This document shows, piece after piece, positions 48,794 through 58,598 of a DNA stretch of 64,000 nucleotides (position 1 is its first letter; every line of letters begins with the position of its first letter). The notes below the pieces were generated by a model. It saw nothing but the letters and a program-made list of their open reading frames with translations, did no database searches and was not told the origin of the DNA. The stretch comes from Fluviicola sp. (GTDB lineage: Bacteria > Bacteroidota > Bacteroidia > Flavobacteriales_D > Crocinitomicaceae): positions 58,439 through 122,438 of the forward strand of contig JADLGD010000029.1 in assembly GCA_020849495.1 (NCBI GenBank). The letters run 5' to 3'. Made by a program: the position numbers and the translations under genes.

Positions 48794-50080
48794 TTAAAAT
48801 GAAAATTTTGCTTGCAGTCTCAAACCTTGTAAATCATTAAACTCCACATTTGAACTTTTTAAACGTGGCATGTATTGGTATTGCATCCCAACTCCAATTT
48901 GACTTCCATTCGTAAATTGTTTCACGCGACAGTTAAATCCTGCTGTTAATCCCAATTGAATGGAAGAAGCATTGTAAACGTTGGAAACTGAATTTTGCTT
49001 TTCTTCAAAACCATTGATCAAACGACTAAATACAACTCCTGTGTACATGCTAGTTCTACCAAATCGAACACCGCCAAGTGTTGACAATTGTAGCGTATTC
49101 AATTTTTGATTGGTATTAAAATAACGACCATTGATGTATTTTCCAGATGTTTGAGCAAATTGACTAAAACCTAATCCTTCTGAAACAAAGAAACGTCCAA
49201 AATGCATAGTATATGCAACATCTGCTACAAAAGCAGCTTTTGGAAGTGCGTTTGTAAACGAATTCGTATTGCGTTCATTTAACAAAGAAACCTGTGTCCC
49301 TAATTGTACTGACCAATTTGGTTGTCTCACTGGCAACAATTTGACATCTCTTAATGTAGCTAAGCTTGCGTTATCAGACAATTGAGGTTGAATCACACCT
49401 ATTCGATCAATTGAATCATTAAGAATAATCGTATTACTAATTGTGCCATTTTCCGTTAAATGAAGCTCAACAGTTTGATTCGTCTCATTTTGTTCGTTAT
49501 TCTCAAACAATTGGTTTTGCGGCAACTTATTGTTAATCAAATAATTGCGATATTGCTGTGGATTTGTATTTACGAATTGTTGTTGATCTTCATTGTTAAC
49601 TGCAACAACTGGAGTAGTTGATTGAACATCATCTTGCTGTTGATCGGCAATAGAAGAAATGTTTGAGTCAGTCGTCAATTCATTGCGATCAACTTTTTGT
49701 ACAGCATTGGAGAAATAAAACGAAACAAACACAAATAGAATACTTGCTGCCGCCATTTTCAACCAAGGCATTTGTGTAGAGACAGGAGTAGCAAGTGTAC
49801 TGTTTAATCGATTCCAAACGCGTTCTCTAGAAAGTTCTTCTTGCATGCGTTCCCAACCATCGGAATTTGTAGCAGGTGACCAATCATTGTGGGCCGCTTT
49901 TAACCATTGATAAGCAGAACTTCCTTCAGCTTCTAGTGAAGCATCCAAGCGCTGAAAAACCTTTTCAACACTCAACGAAGCATCCAATTCATCCCACATA
50001 TCTGTAGGAGAACCAGCATCCCAAGTATCAAACGATTCTTTCAGCTTATCGGTAAAATGATATTTTTCATTCAAACTCAT
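48794..50080 (-). CDS. Putative dual-membrane-spanning anti-sigma factor (N-terminal sigma-binding region, TM helix, disordered linker, outer-membrane beta-barrel)
   Basis: Overlaps the ECF stop; single TM WLKMAAASILFVFVSFYF; Q/N/T-rich linker; alternating-strand C-terminal domain ending RLQAKFSF. Confidence 0.7.
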   Translation of the reverse strand: MSLNEKYHFTDKLKESFDTWDAGSPTDMWDELDASLSVEKVFQRLDASLEAEGSSAYQWLKAAHNDWSPATNSDGWERMQEELSRERVWNRLNSTLATPVSTQMPWLKMAAASILFVFVSFYFSNAVQKVDRNELTTDSNISSIADQQQDDVQSTTPVVAVNNEDQQQFVNTNPQQYRNYLINNKLPQNQLFENNEQNETNQTVELHLTENGTISNTIILNDSIDRIGVIQPQLSDNASLATLRDVKLLPVRQPNWSVQLGTQVSLLNERNTNSFTNALPKAAFVADVAYTMHFGRFFVSEGLGFSQFAQTSGKYINGRYFNTNQKLNTLQLSTLGGVRFGRTSMYTGVVFSRLINGFEEKQNSVSNVYNASSIQLGLTAGFNCRVKQFTNGSQIGVGMQYQYMPRLKSSNVEFNDLQGLRLQAKFSF

Positions 50081-50592
50081 GATACCAACTTCTGTTTTAA
50101 AACCGTTCTAGCGTAATTTAATTGTGATTTTGATGTCCCTATAGAAATATCTAATTCTTCTGCAATCTCTGCATGAGACCATCCTTCTAAAGCATATAAT
50201 TTCAAAACCAATCCAGCTTTTGTAGGCAAATGATTGATTTCTTCTAAAATTCGAGCAAATGGAATAGTCGTTTCCATTTCGTCCTCTGAAACATCCATGA
50301 CAGGAATTTCTGCAATTTGCTGGAAAGTTTTGCGTTTGCGAAGTGCTTGTAAACAACAATTCACCGTCACACGTCTCATCCATCCTTCAAAAGAACCTGT
50401 AAAATTGTAAGAACCTATGTTTTTGTATATGTGCATAAACGCATCATGCAACATATCTTCTGCATCTTGTGAATCCGATCCGTATAACTTACATACCTTG
50501 AATAAATCTTTCGAAAACAAACGATATAGGCGTTCCTGAGAACTTCGTTCCCAATTCGCACAGCCTTCTATTATTTGTTTGTAATCACTCAT
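50077..50592 (-). CDS. ECF RNA polymerase sigma factor
   Basis: DAEDMLHDAF, GSFEGWMRRVTVN, EGWSHAEIAEELDISIGTSKSQL. Confidence 0.93.
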   Translation of the reverse strand: MSDYKQIIEGCANWERSSQERLYRLFSKDLFKVCKLYGSDSQDAEDMLHDAFMHIYKNIGSYNFTGSFEGWMRRVTVNCCLQALRKRKTFQQIAEIPVMDVSEDEMETTIPFARILEEINHLPTKAGLVLKLYALEGWSHAEIAEELDISIGTSKSQLNYARTVLKQKLVS

Positions 50593-51248
50593 TACTCAAC
50601 AGTTAAAACCAATGAACTAGCCAAAAGCTCATCAATCTCTTGATAAATACCGCTATTGTAACTATCCTTCACAACGATAGTTGGAGTACCTGATTCATTT
50701 GAAATATCCGCTAATTCCCATTGATTGGAAGAAATAGTTGAAAACAATTTCGAGATATCAGTTCCCAAAGTAATTTTGTAATCCTTTTTCTTTTTTAATG
50801 TGAACCCATTCATCGATTTAAAATCCAACAACTTAGAACTACTCCATTGTATAACTACAGGAATTACATCCGTTCCATTATTATAAGAACCTTTTAGTAA
50901 CAAACAAGGCGTCACAGTATTATTGACATTTAAAGAAACTTGAAAATCAGTGTATTCACCTACTGGAATATCAAGGCTCAAACCTAAACTTCCAGAGGCA
51001 TAAAACGAAGTCTGAGTGTAAGGCAAATTTTGATCTATTTCAACATCCTGACCTTCCACACGTTTGCCATCAATCGATAATTGATCAATATAGAATTGAC
51101 CCGACTCAATAACAACTTTATTATTTGCCTGAGTATTATTGAAAAAATTCCAACTAAAATTGAGATAAGCTGGTTGGTTTAGCTTGTATTTTTTACATGC
51201 TGACAATCCCAAAGAGAGGACTAAAACCAAAAAAGCTGCATATTTCAT
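50592..51248 (-). CDS. Lipoprotein co-transcribed with the ECF sigma factor (DUF4382-like, tentative)
   Basis: Lipobox LSA-C from 51248; TAATG coupling to the ECF gene. Confidence 0.7.
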   Translation of the reverse strand: MKYAAFLVLVLSLGLSACKKYKLNQPAYLNFSWNFFNNTQANNKVVIESGQFYIDQLSIDGKRVEGQDVEIDQNLPYTQTSFYASGSLGLSLDIPVGEYTDFQVSLNVNNTVTPCLLLKGSYNNGTDVIPVVIQWSSSKLLDFKSMNGFTLKKKKDYKITLGTDISKLFSTISSNQWELADISNESGTPTIVVKDSYNSGIYQEIDELLASSLVLTVE

Positions 51249-51266
51249 TTGTGTGTATTTTTCTGT

Positions 51267-51293
51267 TAGACGCACTAAAGTTACAAAGGTTGG
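51267..51293 (-). promoter_or_regulatory. ECF-type promoter CCAACC-N15-CGTCTA upstream of the lipoprotein-ECF operon
   Basis: Minus strand ttCCAACCtttgtaactttagtgCGTCTAac fits the general ECF -35 AAC / -10 CGT pattern; autoregulation is inferred. Confidence 0.55.
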
Positions 51294-51346
51294 AAAAAGA
51301 TTTATTTAGAAATAATTTAAATAAGCCAAATACCTATCTTTGCAAC

Positions 51347-52582
51347 ATGGAACAATTGCCAATAAGAAAATTTAGCGTTCGCGAAATTCGTCAAGATTTT
51401 CCTGCCTTGCGTCAACAAGTCTATGGAAAAAATTTGATTTATTTTGATAATGGCGCAACTTCACAGAAACCACAATTGGTTTTAGATGCCATCAATCAGT
51501 ATTACAGCAAAGACAATGCGAATATTCATAGAGGTGTTCACTTGTTGAGCCAGAAGGCTACTGATGGTTATGAAGCTTCCCGTATGTTCATTCAAAAATA
51601 CCTGAATGCTGCAAAAAAGGAGGAGATCATCTTTACAAAAGGTACTACTGATGGTATTAATCTAGTTGCCTATTCATTTGGAGAATTGTTAAGTCCGGGA
51701 GATGAGATTTTGATTTCAGCGATGGAGCATCACTCCAATATTGTTCCATGGCAATTACTTTGCGAGCGCAAAAAAACGGTTTTAAAAGTCATTCCAATTA
51801 ACAAAAGAGGTGAATTGGACTTGGAAGCATTTGACAATTTGCTTTCTGAAAAAACGAAATTAGTTGCTATTACACATATTTCGAATACGCTTGGAACCAT
51901 TAATCCAGTCAAAACTATTATTGATAAAGCGCATTTAGTTGGAGCAAAAGTTTTAATTGATGGTGCGCAAAGCATTCAGCATACAAAAGTGGATGTACGC
52001 GATTTGGATTGTGATTTCTTTGTTTTCTCTGGTCACAAAGTATTTGGACCTACAGGAATTGGCGTTTTGTATGGAAAAGAAGCCCTTTTAGATGCGATGC
52101 CTCCTTACCAAGGTGGCGGTGATATGATTTCTAAAGTAACTTTCGAAAAAACAACTTACAATGAATTGCCTTTCAAATTTGAGGCAGGAACACCACACAT
52201 TGCTGGTGGAATTTGTTTGGGAACAGCGTTGCAATATTTCAGTCAATTTGATCCTGTTGAAATTGAAAATTACGAACGCGAATTAGCTGATTATGCCCAA
52301 GACTTATTGTCAACTTTTGAAGATTTAAAAATCATTGGCACAGCTAAAAACAAAACAAGTGTTGTTTCTTTTTCGGTAGACGGAGTACATCCATTTGATA
52401 TCGGTACTTTGCTTGATAAACAAGGAATAGCAGTCAGAACAGGTCATCATTGTACACAACCATTGATGGATATTTTTAAAATTCCCGGAACAGTTCGAGC
52501 TTCTTTTGCGTTTTATAATACAAAAGAAGAGATAGATACATTTATTGCTGCTGTAGAAAAGAGCATCACCATGTTGCGTTAA
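51347..52582 (+). CDS. sufS: Cysteine desulfurase SufS
   Basis: YFDNGATSQKP, FSGHK (PLP Lys), AVRTGHHC. Start moved from 51197 to 51347 (TATCTTTG at 51335-51342). Confidence 0.95.
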   Translation: MEQLPIRKFSVREIRQDFPALRQQVYGKNLIYFDNGATSQKPQLVLDAINQYYSKDNANIHRGVHLLSQKATDGYEASRMFIQKYLNAAKKEEIIFTKGTTDGINLVAYSFGELLSPGDEILISAMEHHSNIVPWQLLCERKKTVLKVIPINKRGELDLEAFDNLLSEKTKLVAITHISNTLGTINPVKTIIDKAHLVGAKVLIDGAQSIQHTKVDVRDLDCDFFVFSGHKVFGPTGIGVLYGKEALLDAMPPYQGGGDMISKVTFEKTTYNELPFKFEAGTPHIAGGICLGTALQYFSQFDPVEIENYERELADYAQDLLSTFEDLKIIGTAKNKTSVVSFSVDGVHPFDIGTLLDKQGIAVRTGHHCTQPLMDIFKIPGTVRASFAFYNTKEEIDTFIAAVEKSITMLR

Positions 52583-52584
52583 AT

Positions 52585-52998
52585 ATGAGCATTCAAGAAA
52601 AAGAACAAGAAATTATTGACGAATTCGACATCTATGACGATTGGATGGAGAAATACGAATACATCATTGAATTGGGTAAGGATTTACCACTAATCGATCC
52701 TTCTAAAAAAACCGAAGACCGTTTAATTGAAGGGTGTCAGAGTAGAGTTTGGTTGGATGCGCATTTCGAAAATGGCCGCTTGCATTTTAGTGCTGATTCA
52801 GATGCTATCATTACAAAAGGCATCATTGGTTTATTGATTCGTGTGTTTGACAATGAACAGCCAGAAGATATTGCCAAAGCTGATTTGCATTTTCTAAAAG
52901 CGATTGGTTTACAAGAACATTTGTCTCCTACTCGTGCAAATGGCTTAGTGAGCATGGTTAAAAAAATTAAATTATTGGCGCTTGCAGCCATCGCATAA
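52585..52998 (+). CDS. sufE: SufE sulfur acceptor
   Basis: IEGCQSRVW, ADSDAIITKG, LSPTRANGL. Confidence 0.93.
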   Translation: MSIQEKEQEIIDEFDIYDDWMEKYEYIIELGKDLPLIDPSKKTEDRLIEGCQSRVWLDAHFENGRLHFSADSDAIITKGIIGLLIRVFDNEQPEDIAKADLHFLKAIGLQEHLSPTRANGLVSMVKKIKLLALAAIA

Positions 52999-53001
52999 AT
53001 T

Positions 53002-53310
53002 ATGGAACAACAATTAGAAGATCGAATTGTCGAGATTTTAAAGACAATCTATGACCCCGAAATCCCAGTCGATATTTACGAATTGGGCTTGATCTATGAA
53101 GTTCGAATCAACAAAGAAGGACATGTGGATGTGGAGATGACACTCACATCACCCAACTGTCCAGTTGCTGAGTCTTTACCAAAAGATGTCAAAGAAAAAG
53201 TAGAATCAGTTGAAGGAGTTAACTCTGCAGATGTTCACATTGTGTTCGATCCACCTTGGGATAAAGACATGATGAGTGAAGAAGCAAAATTAGAGTTAGG
53301 ATTTTTGTAG
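53002..53310 (+). CDS. SUF system DUF59/SufT-like protein
   Basis: YDPEIPVDIYELGLIY, MTLTSPNCP, FDPPWDKD. Confidence 0.9.
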   Translation: MEQQLEDRIVEILKTIYDPEIPVDIYELGLIYEVRINKEGHVDVEMTLTSPNCPVAESLPKDVKEKVESVEGVNSADVHIVFDPPWDKDMMSEEAKLELGFL

Positions 53311-53422
53311 GATTTTTCCACAAAACCATCCGATGTTGTTTAGTATTATCGCAATGTTAATTTAATATTAACAGTTAAATGTATTTTTTATATATTGCAG
53401 TTCATTAGATTGAATTGCTACT

Positions 53423-54568
53423 ATGAAATCAATACTTACTATCAGTTTTTCTGCTTTACTCACGTGTACAGCTTTCACACAATATTGTATGACAGGCGGT
53501 CCTACTAGTAATATAGATTCAAATGTCGAACTCGTACAAATTACTGGAGCATCGGGTACAATCAATTACACTGGATGCCCTGGTGTTTTAGGTGTTCAAG
53601 ATCTTACCACTTCACAAGTTGTAACACTTTCTGCAAATGGAAACTACAATCTCACAGTTGATTTCGGAACTTGTGGAGGAAATTATTCTGGTGTAGGTCA
53701 AGCTTGGATAGATTTCAATTTAGATGGTGTTTTTGATCAAACCGAAACCGTAGGCACTTGGCAAGGTGTTCCACCAGTAGCTCCAAGTGTATTTAACTTC
53801 ACCGTTCCTGCAAATGCACAAAATGGTACAGCTCGTTTGCGTGTTATTCAACAAGAGGCAGGAACTCTGCCAATCAATCCTTGTGGTGCTTTTACTTGGG
53901 GATCAGTAATGGATTTTGGGGTCATCATCAATGGTGGTGTAGATTGTAGTTCTTATCTAGGAGACACAAAAGAAACTGCTATTGAAATTGCAAGTGTACC
54001 TTATTCGACAACTGGAAACAATTCTTACTGCTATTTCAACCAAAATTTAGTGTATAATTCACCAGATATTTACTACCGATTAATTCCAGGGACGCAATTA
54101 CTTCAAGCTACTGTTTCATTGTGTGGTTCCAATTTCGATACGTTTCTTTCTGTTATCGATCAGCAAGGAAATGTGATTGCTTACAACGATGATGGAAGTT
54201 GTGGTTCTTCTTCTGAATTGACATTTTCAACCGTTGGAATTGATACTGCCTATATCATCGTAGAAGGATGGAGTAATGAAACTGGAGATTTTGATTTGAA
54301 TATCAATGGTGCATTTTTAGGAATTGATGAAAATAGCTCTCAAAACATTCAATTGTTCCCAAATCCTGCGAAACAATCTTTTCAAGTTATTGGCTTAGAA
54401 GAGGAAGCTGCTATTTTCATTCGTGATTCGAAGGGTTCATTGGTTCAATCAATTCCTTCTTATTTTGCGAATACATCCATTCCAATAGAAGCTTATCAAG
54501 CGGGAATCTATTTCGTAACTGTAAAAACGAAACAATACGAACACATCACTAAATTGATCATCGACTAA
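53423..54568 (+). CDS. T9SS protein with GEVED-like and PPC-like domains
   Basis: AWIDFNLDGVF...RLRV...GSVMDFG (GEVED variant); LCGSNFDTFL..NDD; LFPNPAK CTD. Confidence 0.8.
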   Translation: MKSILTISFSALLTCTAFTQYCMTGGPTSNIDSNVELVQITGASGTINYTGCPGVLGVQDLTTSQVVTLSANGNYNLTVDFGTCGGNYSGVGQAWIDFNLDGVFDQTETVGTWQGVPPVAPSVFNFTVPANAQNGTARLRVIQQEAGTLPINPCGAFTWGSVMDFGVIINGGVDCSSYLGDTKETAIEIASVPYSTTGNNSYCYFNQNLVYNSPDIYYRLIPGTQLLQATVSLCGSNFDTFLSVIDQQGNVIAYNDDGSCGSSSELTFSTVGIDTAYIIVEGWSNETGDFDLNINGAFLGIDENSSQNIQLFPNPAKQSFQVIGLEEEAAIFIRDSKGSLVQSIPSYFANTSIPIEAYQAGIYFVTVKTKQYEHITKLIID

Positions 54569-55707
54569 TGCGTAAATTACTTATTCTACTAGTCCTTACC
54601 ATTGTTTATGGTGAAGCTAGTGCACAAGGTTGGTTGACCCGTGCAGATTTTGGTGGTGTTGGTCGACATAGAGCAACTGGAATGTCAATCGGCAACAAAG
54701 GATATGCTGGTCTTGGTCACATGAATGGAACAGGAGTTAATATTGTTTACAAAGATTGGTGGCAATTTGATCCTGCTTCGAATAGTTGGACACAAAAAGC
54801 AGATTATCCTGCTCCAATGTACGGTGCCATTGTATGGGGAAATTCGACTCATGGATATGTAGGCGGAGGAACAGCTTATTCCTTTGAATATTTCAAATAC
54901 GATCCCATCACAAATACATGGACGGCTATTGCCAATTGTCCAATAGATGCAACTGATCAAACTGCCTTTTGTGTCGCTGAAAAAGGCTATGTCATGACGG
55001 GGAATCAGTTAGTGGAATACAATCCAACAACCAATACTTGGTCAGCAAAATCAAATGTACCTGCAGGACTTGGTGCATGGGGAACTTCTTTTGTGATTGG
55101 TTCAAGCGCCTATGTAAAAAATGGCGTCTCCTTGTATGAATACAAACCCGCTCAAGATGAATGGTTGATCCGAGCAAGTTGTCCTGGAATAGCAACAGGA
55201 GGTTCATCTTCTTTTTCCATGAATCAAAAAGGATATGTAGTCACTGGATATTCAGGAAGTTTAGCGGTTTTATCAAAAGAAGTATGGGAATACAATCCAG
55301 CCACCAATAGCTGGTTACAAAAAGAAGATTTCCCTGGTTCCTCACGTAGATTTTCAGTTGGATTCTCTATTAATGATCGTGGTTACTTTGGTTTAGGAAC
55401 AAACGGTATCAATTTCAATGATTTCTGGGCCTTCGATAACTTTGCAGATCTCAACAATGACTTGAAAATTGATAGTCAATTATACCCGAACCCAACTACA
55501 GATTATCTACAAGTGGAGATCTTGGATTTTAAATCTACAATAGATTATCAACTCATCAATCAACTTGGAGAAATCGTAAGTTCTGGCAAAATCTCGGAAG
55601 CGATTACAACCATTGATCTTTCTACATTTCATGTTGGCACTTACTTCATCCGCTTAACTAATATAGATGGTTTGGTGACTACACAACAAATTCAAAAAAC
55701 AAACTAA
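54568..55707 (+). CDS. Kelch-repeat beta-propeller, T9SS type A CTD (1 of 3)
   Basis: GYAGLG...W.Y.P..N.W...A.FPG repeats; LYPNPTTD CTD. Confidence 0.88.
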   Translation: MRKLLILLVLTIVYGEASAQGWLTRADFGGVGRHRATGMSIGNKGYAGLGHMNGTGVNIVYKDWWQFDPASNSWTQKADYPAPMYGAIVWGNSTHGYVGGGTAYSFEYFKYDPITNTWTAIANCPIDATDQTAFCVAEKGYVMTGNQLVEYNPTTNTWSAKSNVPAGLGAWGTSFVIGSSAYVKNGVSLYEYKPAQDEWLIRASCPGIATGGSSSFSMNQKGYVVTGYSGSLAVLSKEVWEYNPATNSWLQKEDFPGSSRRFSVGFSINDRGYFGLGTNGINFNDFWAFDNFADLNNDLKIDSQLYPNPTTDYLQVEILDFKSTIDYQLINQLGEIVSSGKISEAITTIDLSTFHVGTYFIRLTNIDGLVTTQQIQKTN

Positions 55708-55708
55708 G

Positions 55709-56929
55709 ATGAGATTTCTATTATTTATCTGCAGTTGTTTTTTGGTATTCAATTCAATTGCTCAAGTTCCCAATTCATGGTTGAAGAAAGCAGATTTCCT
55801 TGGGTCAAAACGCGAACAAGCAGTAGGCTTTTCAATTGGTGATAAAGGTTATATTGCTACTGGTGTTGATACTAGTGAAACCGTCAAAAACGATTTATGG
55901 GAATACAATTCCATCACAGACTCATGGACCCAACGAGCAGATTTACCATCCACGGCTAGACGTTCTGCATTTGGTTTTTCATTGAATGGACTAGGTTATG
56001 TTGGTGGAGGTGTTAATGCCGATGAAGCTCAATTGGGTAATGTATTGACAGATTTCTGGGAATACAATCCCACAACAAATACTTGGGTAGCGAAAGCTGT
56101 ATTCCCCGGTGGAAATGGTTTGGGAGTGTATTACGCAACCAGTTTTTCGATTGACAACAAAGGTTATGTCTGTGGTGGAAAAATTGGTCCAAATAGTTAT
56201 TCCAATCATTTATGGGAATACAAACCTTCCAATAATACATGGACGCAACGCAGTAATTTCCCAGGTGGAGTAAGGTATAACTTGTCCAGTTTAGCAGTTG
56301 GAAATGTTGCTTACATTGGTTTAGGTACAAATCAAGACACATATTGCAACGATTGGTGGCAATACAATCCAGGATCCAATCAATGGGAACAAAAAACGAA
56401 CTTCATTGGCGGACAACGCGGCGGAGCAAGTACATTTGTGATTGGTGAAAACGGTTATGTCTGTTTAGGGACCAACGGTGCTCTGAAAGATGATTTATTT
56501 ATGTATGATCCTGATAACAATCAATGGTATCCAAGAGCAAATTATGGTGGAAGTGAACGTAAACAAGCCATTTCGTTCAATATTGGAAACCGTGCATTTG
56601 TTGGAACAGGTTCAGGTGTCTCTGGAAAAAAAGCCAGTATGTATGAATACATCTCGTTGGATGAATTAGCTCTTGAAGAATGGTCGGCTATTCAACTTTC
56701 CGTTTATCCAAATCCCAGCAAAGAAAAAATTACCATTTCTGCTGGTGAGCAATTGATTACTGCTGTTAAAATCTTTAATGAAGCTGGTATGATGGCTATT
56801 GATCAATTAGAAAACACCGTTCAATTGGAACTGACTTTAAGCGATCTTCCAGCTGGAAATTACCACTTGTATGTAGAATTTGAGAATGGTCGTAAAATCG
56901 CTCACTCATCCTTTCAAATTATTGATTGA
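55709..56929 (+). CDS. Kelch-repeat beta-propeller, T9SS type A CTD (2 of 3)
   Basis: DLWEYN..TDSWTQRA repeats; VYPNPSKE CTD. Confidence 0.88.
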   Translation: MRFLLFICSCFLVFNSIAQVPNSWLKKADFLGSKREQAVGFSIGDKGYIATGVDTSETVKNDLWEYNSITDSWTQRADLPSTARRSAFGFSLNGLGYVGGGVNADEAQLGNVLTDFWEYNPTTNTWVAKAVFPGGNGLGVYYATSFSIDNKGYVCGGKIGPNSYSNHLWEYKPSNNTWTQRSNFPGGVRYNLSSLAVGNVAYIGLGTNQDTYCNDWWQYNPGSNQWEQKTNFIGGQRGGASTFVIGENGYVCLGTNGALKDDLFMYDPDNNQWYPRANYGGSERKQAISFNIGNRAFVGTGSGVSGKKASMYEYISLDELALEEWSAIQLSVYPNPSKEKITISAGEQLITAVKIFNEAGMMAIDQLENTVQLELTLSDLPAGNYHLYVEFENGRKIAHSSFQIID

Positions 56930-58116
56930 TTATGAAACAATTATTAGGACATATAGCGATTTTCATGTGCTTTTCTTTAAGTGCACAAGATAGTTGGATC
57001 CAAGTTGATTCAATGAATGGCCCTCCGAAATCGGTTACGACTAGCTTTGTTTTGCAAGATACTGGATATGTGATTGGTGGATTTTTAGACAATGAATTTA
57101 CACGCAAAATGTATTCTTACAATCCTATTCAAGATGATTGGGACGATGAAGTATCATTGAGTGGTGAAACAGGAAGTGGCAATAGTAGAGGATCCGCAGT
57201 TAGTTTTGCCATTGAAAACAAAGGATATGTAGGTTTAGGTCAAGGAAATACTGCTGGTTATTACACCGATTTTTGGGAATACGATGCTGCTACTGAAGCT
57301 TGGACACAAATTGCTGATTTTGCAGGAACGGGAAGAAGAGGCGCTGTTGCTTTTGCCATCAATGGGATTGGATATGTTGGAACTGGACAAGATGCAACTG
57401 GATTGAAAAAAGACTTTTACAAATACGATCCTAGCACCAATTCCTGGACACAATTGAGTGACTTCATTGGAACTGCACGAAAATATGCGGTAGGTTTCAC
57501 CATGGGTGGACAAGCTTATGTTGGAACAGGTGATGACGGTGTCTATAAAAATGACTTTTACATGTATTTGGCTGAATTTGACACCTGGGTAGTTCGAGCA
57601 TCCATCCCAGATGTTGGAAGAGCTGGTGCTGTAGGCTGGGGATCATTTCCCACAGCATTTATATGTACAGGAGAAGATCCTGCTGGTAATGTCACATCCG
57701 ATTTATGGGAATTCAACTACTACTCCAATGCTTGGGCCCAAAAAGCAAATTTTACTGGTCCCGCAAGAAAGCACGCTACTGCTTTTGTGATTGATGGAAT
57801 TGGTTACGTAGGAACAGGATTTAACAACGGAACATTTTACGACGATTTTTACGCTTACACTCCAATGCTCGGCATGAACGATTGGTCCATCGATGATTTT
57901 ACCATTTATCCAAACCCAGCATCTAGTTCAATTCAATGGAAAAATGCACAAATTGAATCGCTTATCATCACTGATTTTTCAGGTAAAGTGATGGACACCA
58001 ATTTTGACCGCAACCAACAAGCTGTTTCCATTGCTCATCTATCGGCTGGTGCGTATTTCATTCAAGCAAATACGATGGACGGTCACGTTTTACAAACATC
58101 ATTTGTCAAACAATGA
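56926..58116 (+). CDS. Kelch-repeat beta-propeller, T9SS type A CTD (3 of 3)
   Basis: GYVGTG...DFYKYDP..NSWTQ repeats; IYPNPASS CTD. Confidence 0.88.
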   Translation: MIMKQLLGHIAIFMCFSLSAQDSWIQVDSMNGPPKSVTTSFVLQDTGYVIGGFLDNEFTRKMYSYNPIQDDWDDEVSLSGETGSGNSRGSAVSFAIENKGYVGLGQGNTAGYYTDFWEYDAATEAWTQIADFAGTGRRGAVAFAINGIGYVGTGQDATGLKKDFYKYDPSTNSWTQLSDFIGTARKYAVGFTMGGQAYVGTGDDGVYKNDFYMYLAEFDTWVVRASIPDVGRAGAVGWGSFPTAFICTGEDPAGNVTSDLWEFNYYSNAWAQKANFTGPARKHATAFVIDGIGYVGTGFNNGTFYDDFYAYTPMLGMNDWSIDDFTIYPNPASSSIQWKNAQIESLIITDFSGKVMDTNFDRNQQAVSIAHLSAGAYFIQANTMDGHVLQTSFVKQ

Positions 58117-58523
58117 GAATTCATCCTGTATTGATAGCCTTTTGCTTGGCAAGTTGTTCAGCATCAACGGAGCAAAGTACACCTTTGGATATGAAAACGG
58201 TTGAAACAACTTCGACTTCAAAAAAAGATGTTGAACGTAAAACAACTGCTCAAACGACTCCAGCTAACGAAAGAAAACAATCCAAATTGATTGCGAAACC
58301 TATATACGACGCAGCTGCTGGATGGGGCTATGATATTTTTGATGGAGATAAATTAGTAGTGCATCAACCGCATATTCCAGCTATTCAAGGGAATTACGGA
58401 TTTGAAAATGCCGATGAAGCGTTATTGGTTGCAACGAAAGTCATTGAGAAAATTGATGCTGGTATCATGCCTCCTAGTTTAACGAAAGAAGAACTACTTC
58501 AATTAGGTGTTAAACTTCCATAA
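58113..58523 (+). CDS. DUF4907-like lipoprotein
   Basis: Lipobox LAS-C; GWGYDI....VHQPHIPAIQG..GF...A..VA..VI.KI..G..PP. Confidence 0.75.
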   Translation: MRIHPVLIAFCLASCSASTEQSTPLDMKTVETTSTSKKDVERKTTAQTTPANERKQSKLIAKPIYDAAAGWGYDIFDGDKLVVHQPHIPAIQGNYGFENADEALLVATKVIEKIDAGIMPPSLTKEELLQLGVKLP

Positions 58524-58598
58524 TTCCTTCTTGAAATATCCAACTTGCCTTCTTCTACTTGAAAAAGTGGTAACTTTGCAGCTTCTAATAAGTAGATT

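Noticed and set aside
53350-53375. dif site for Xer recombination
   Set aside because: Only partial resemblance to a XerD arm (ATGTTAA), without the 11-6-11 arrangement.
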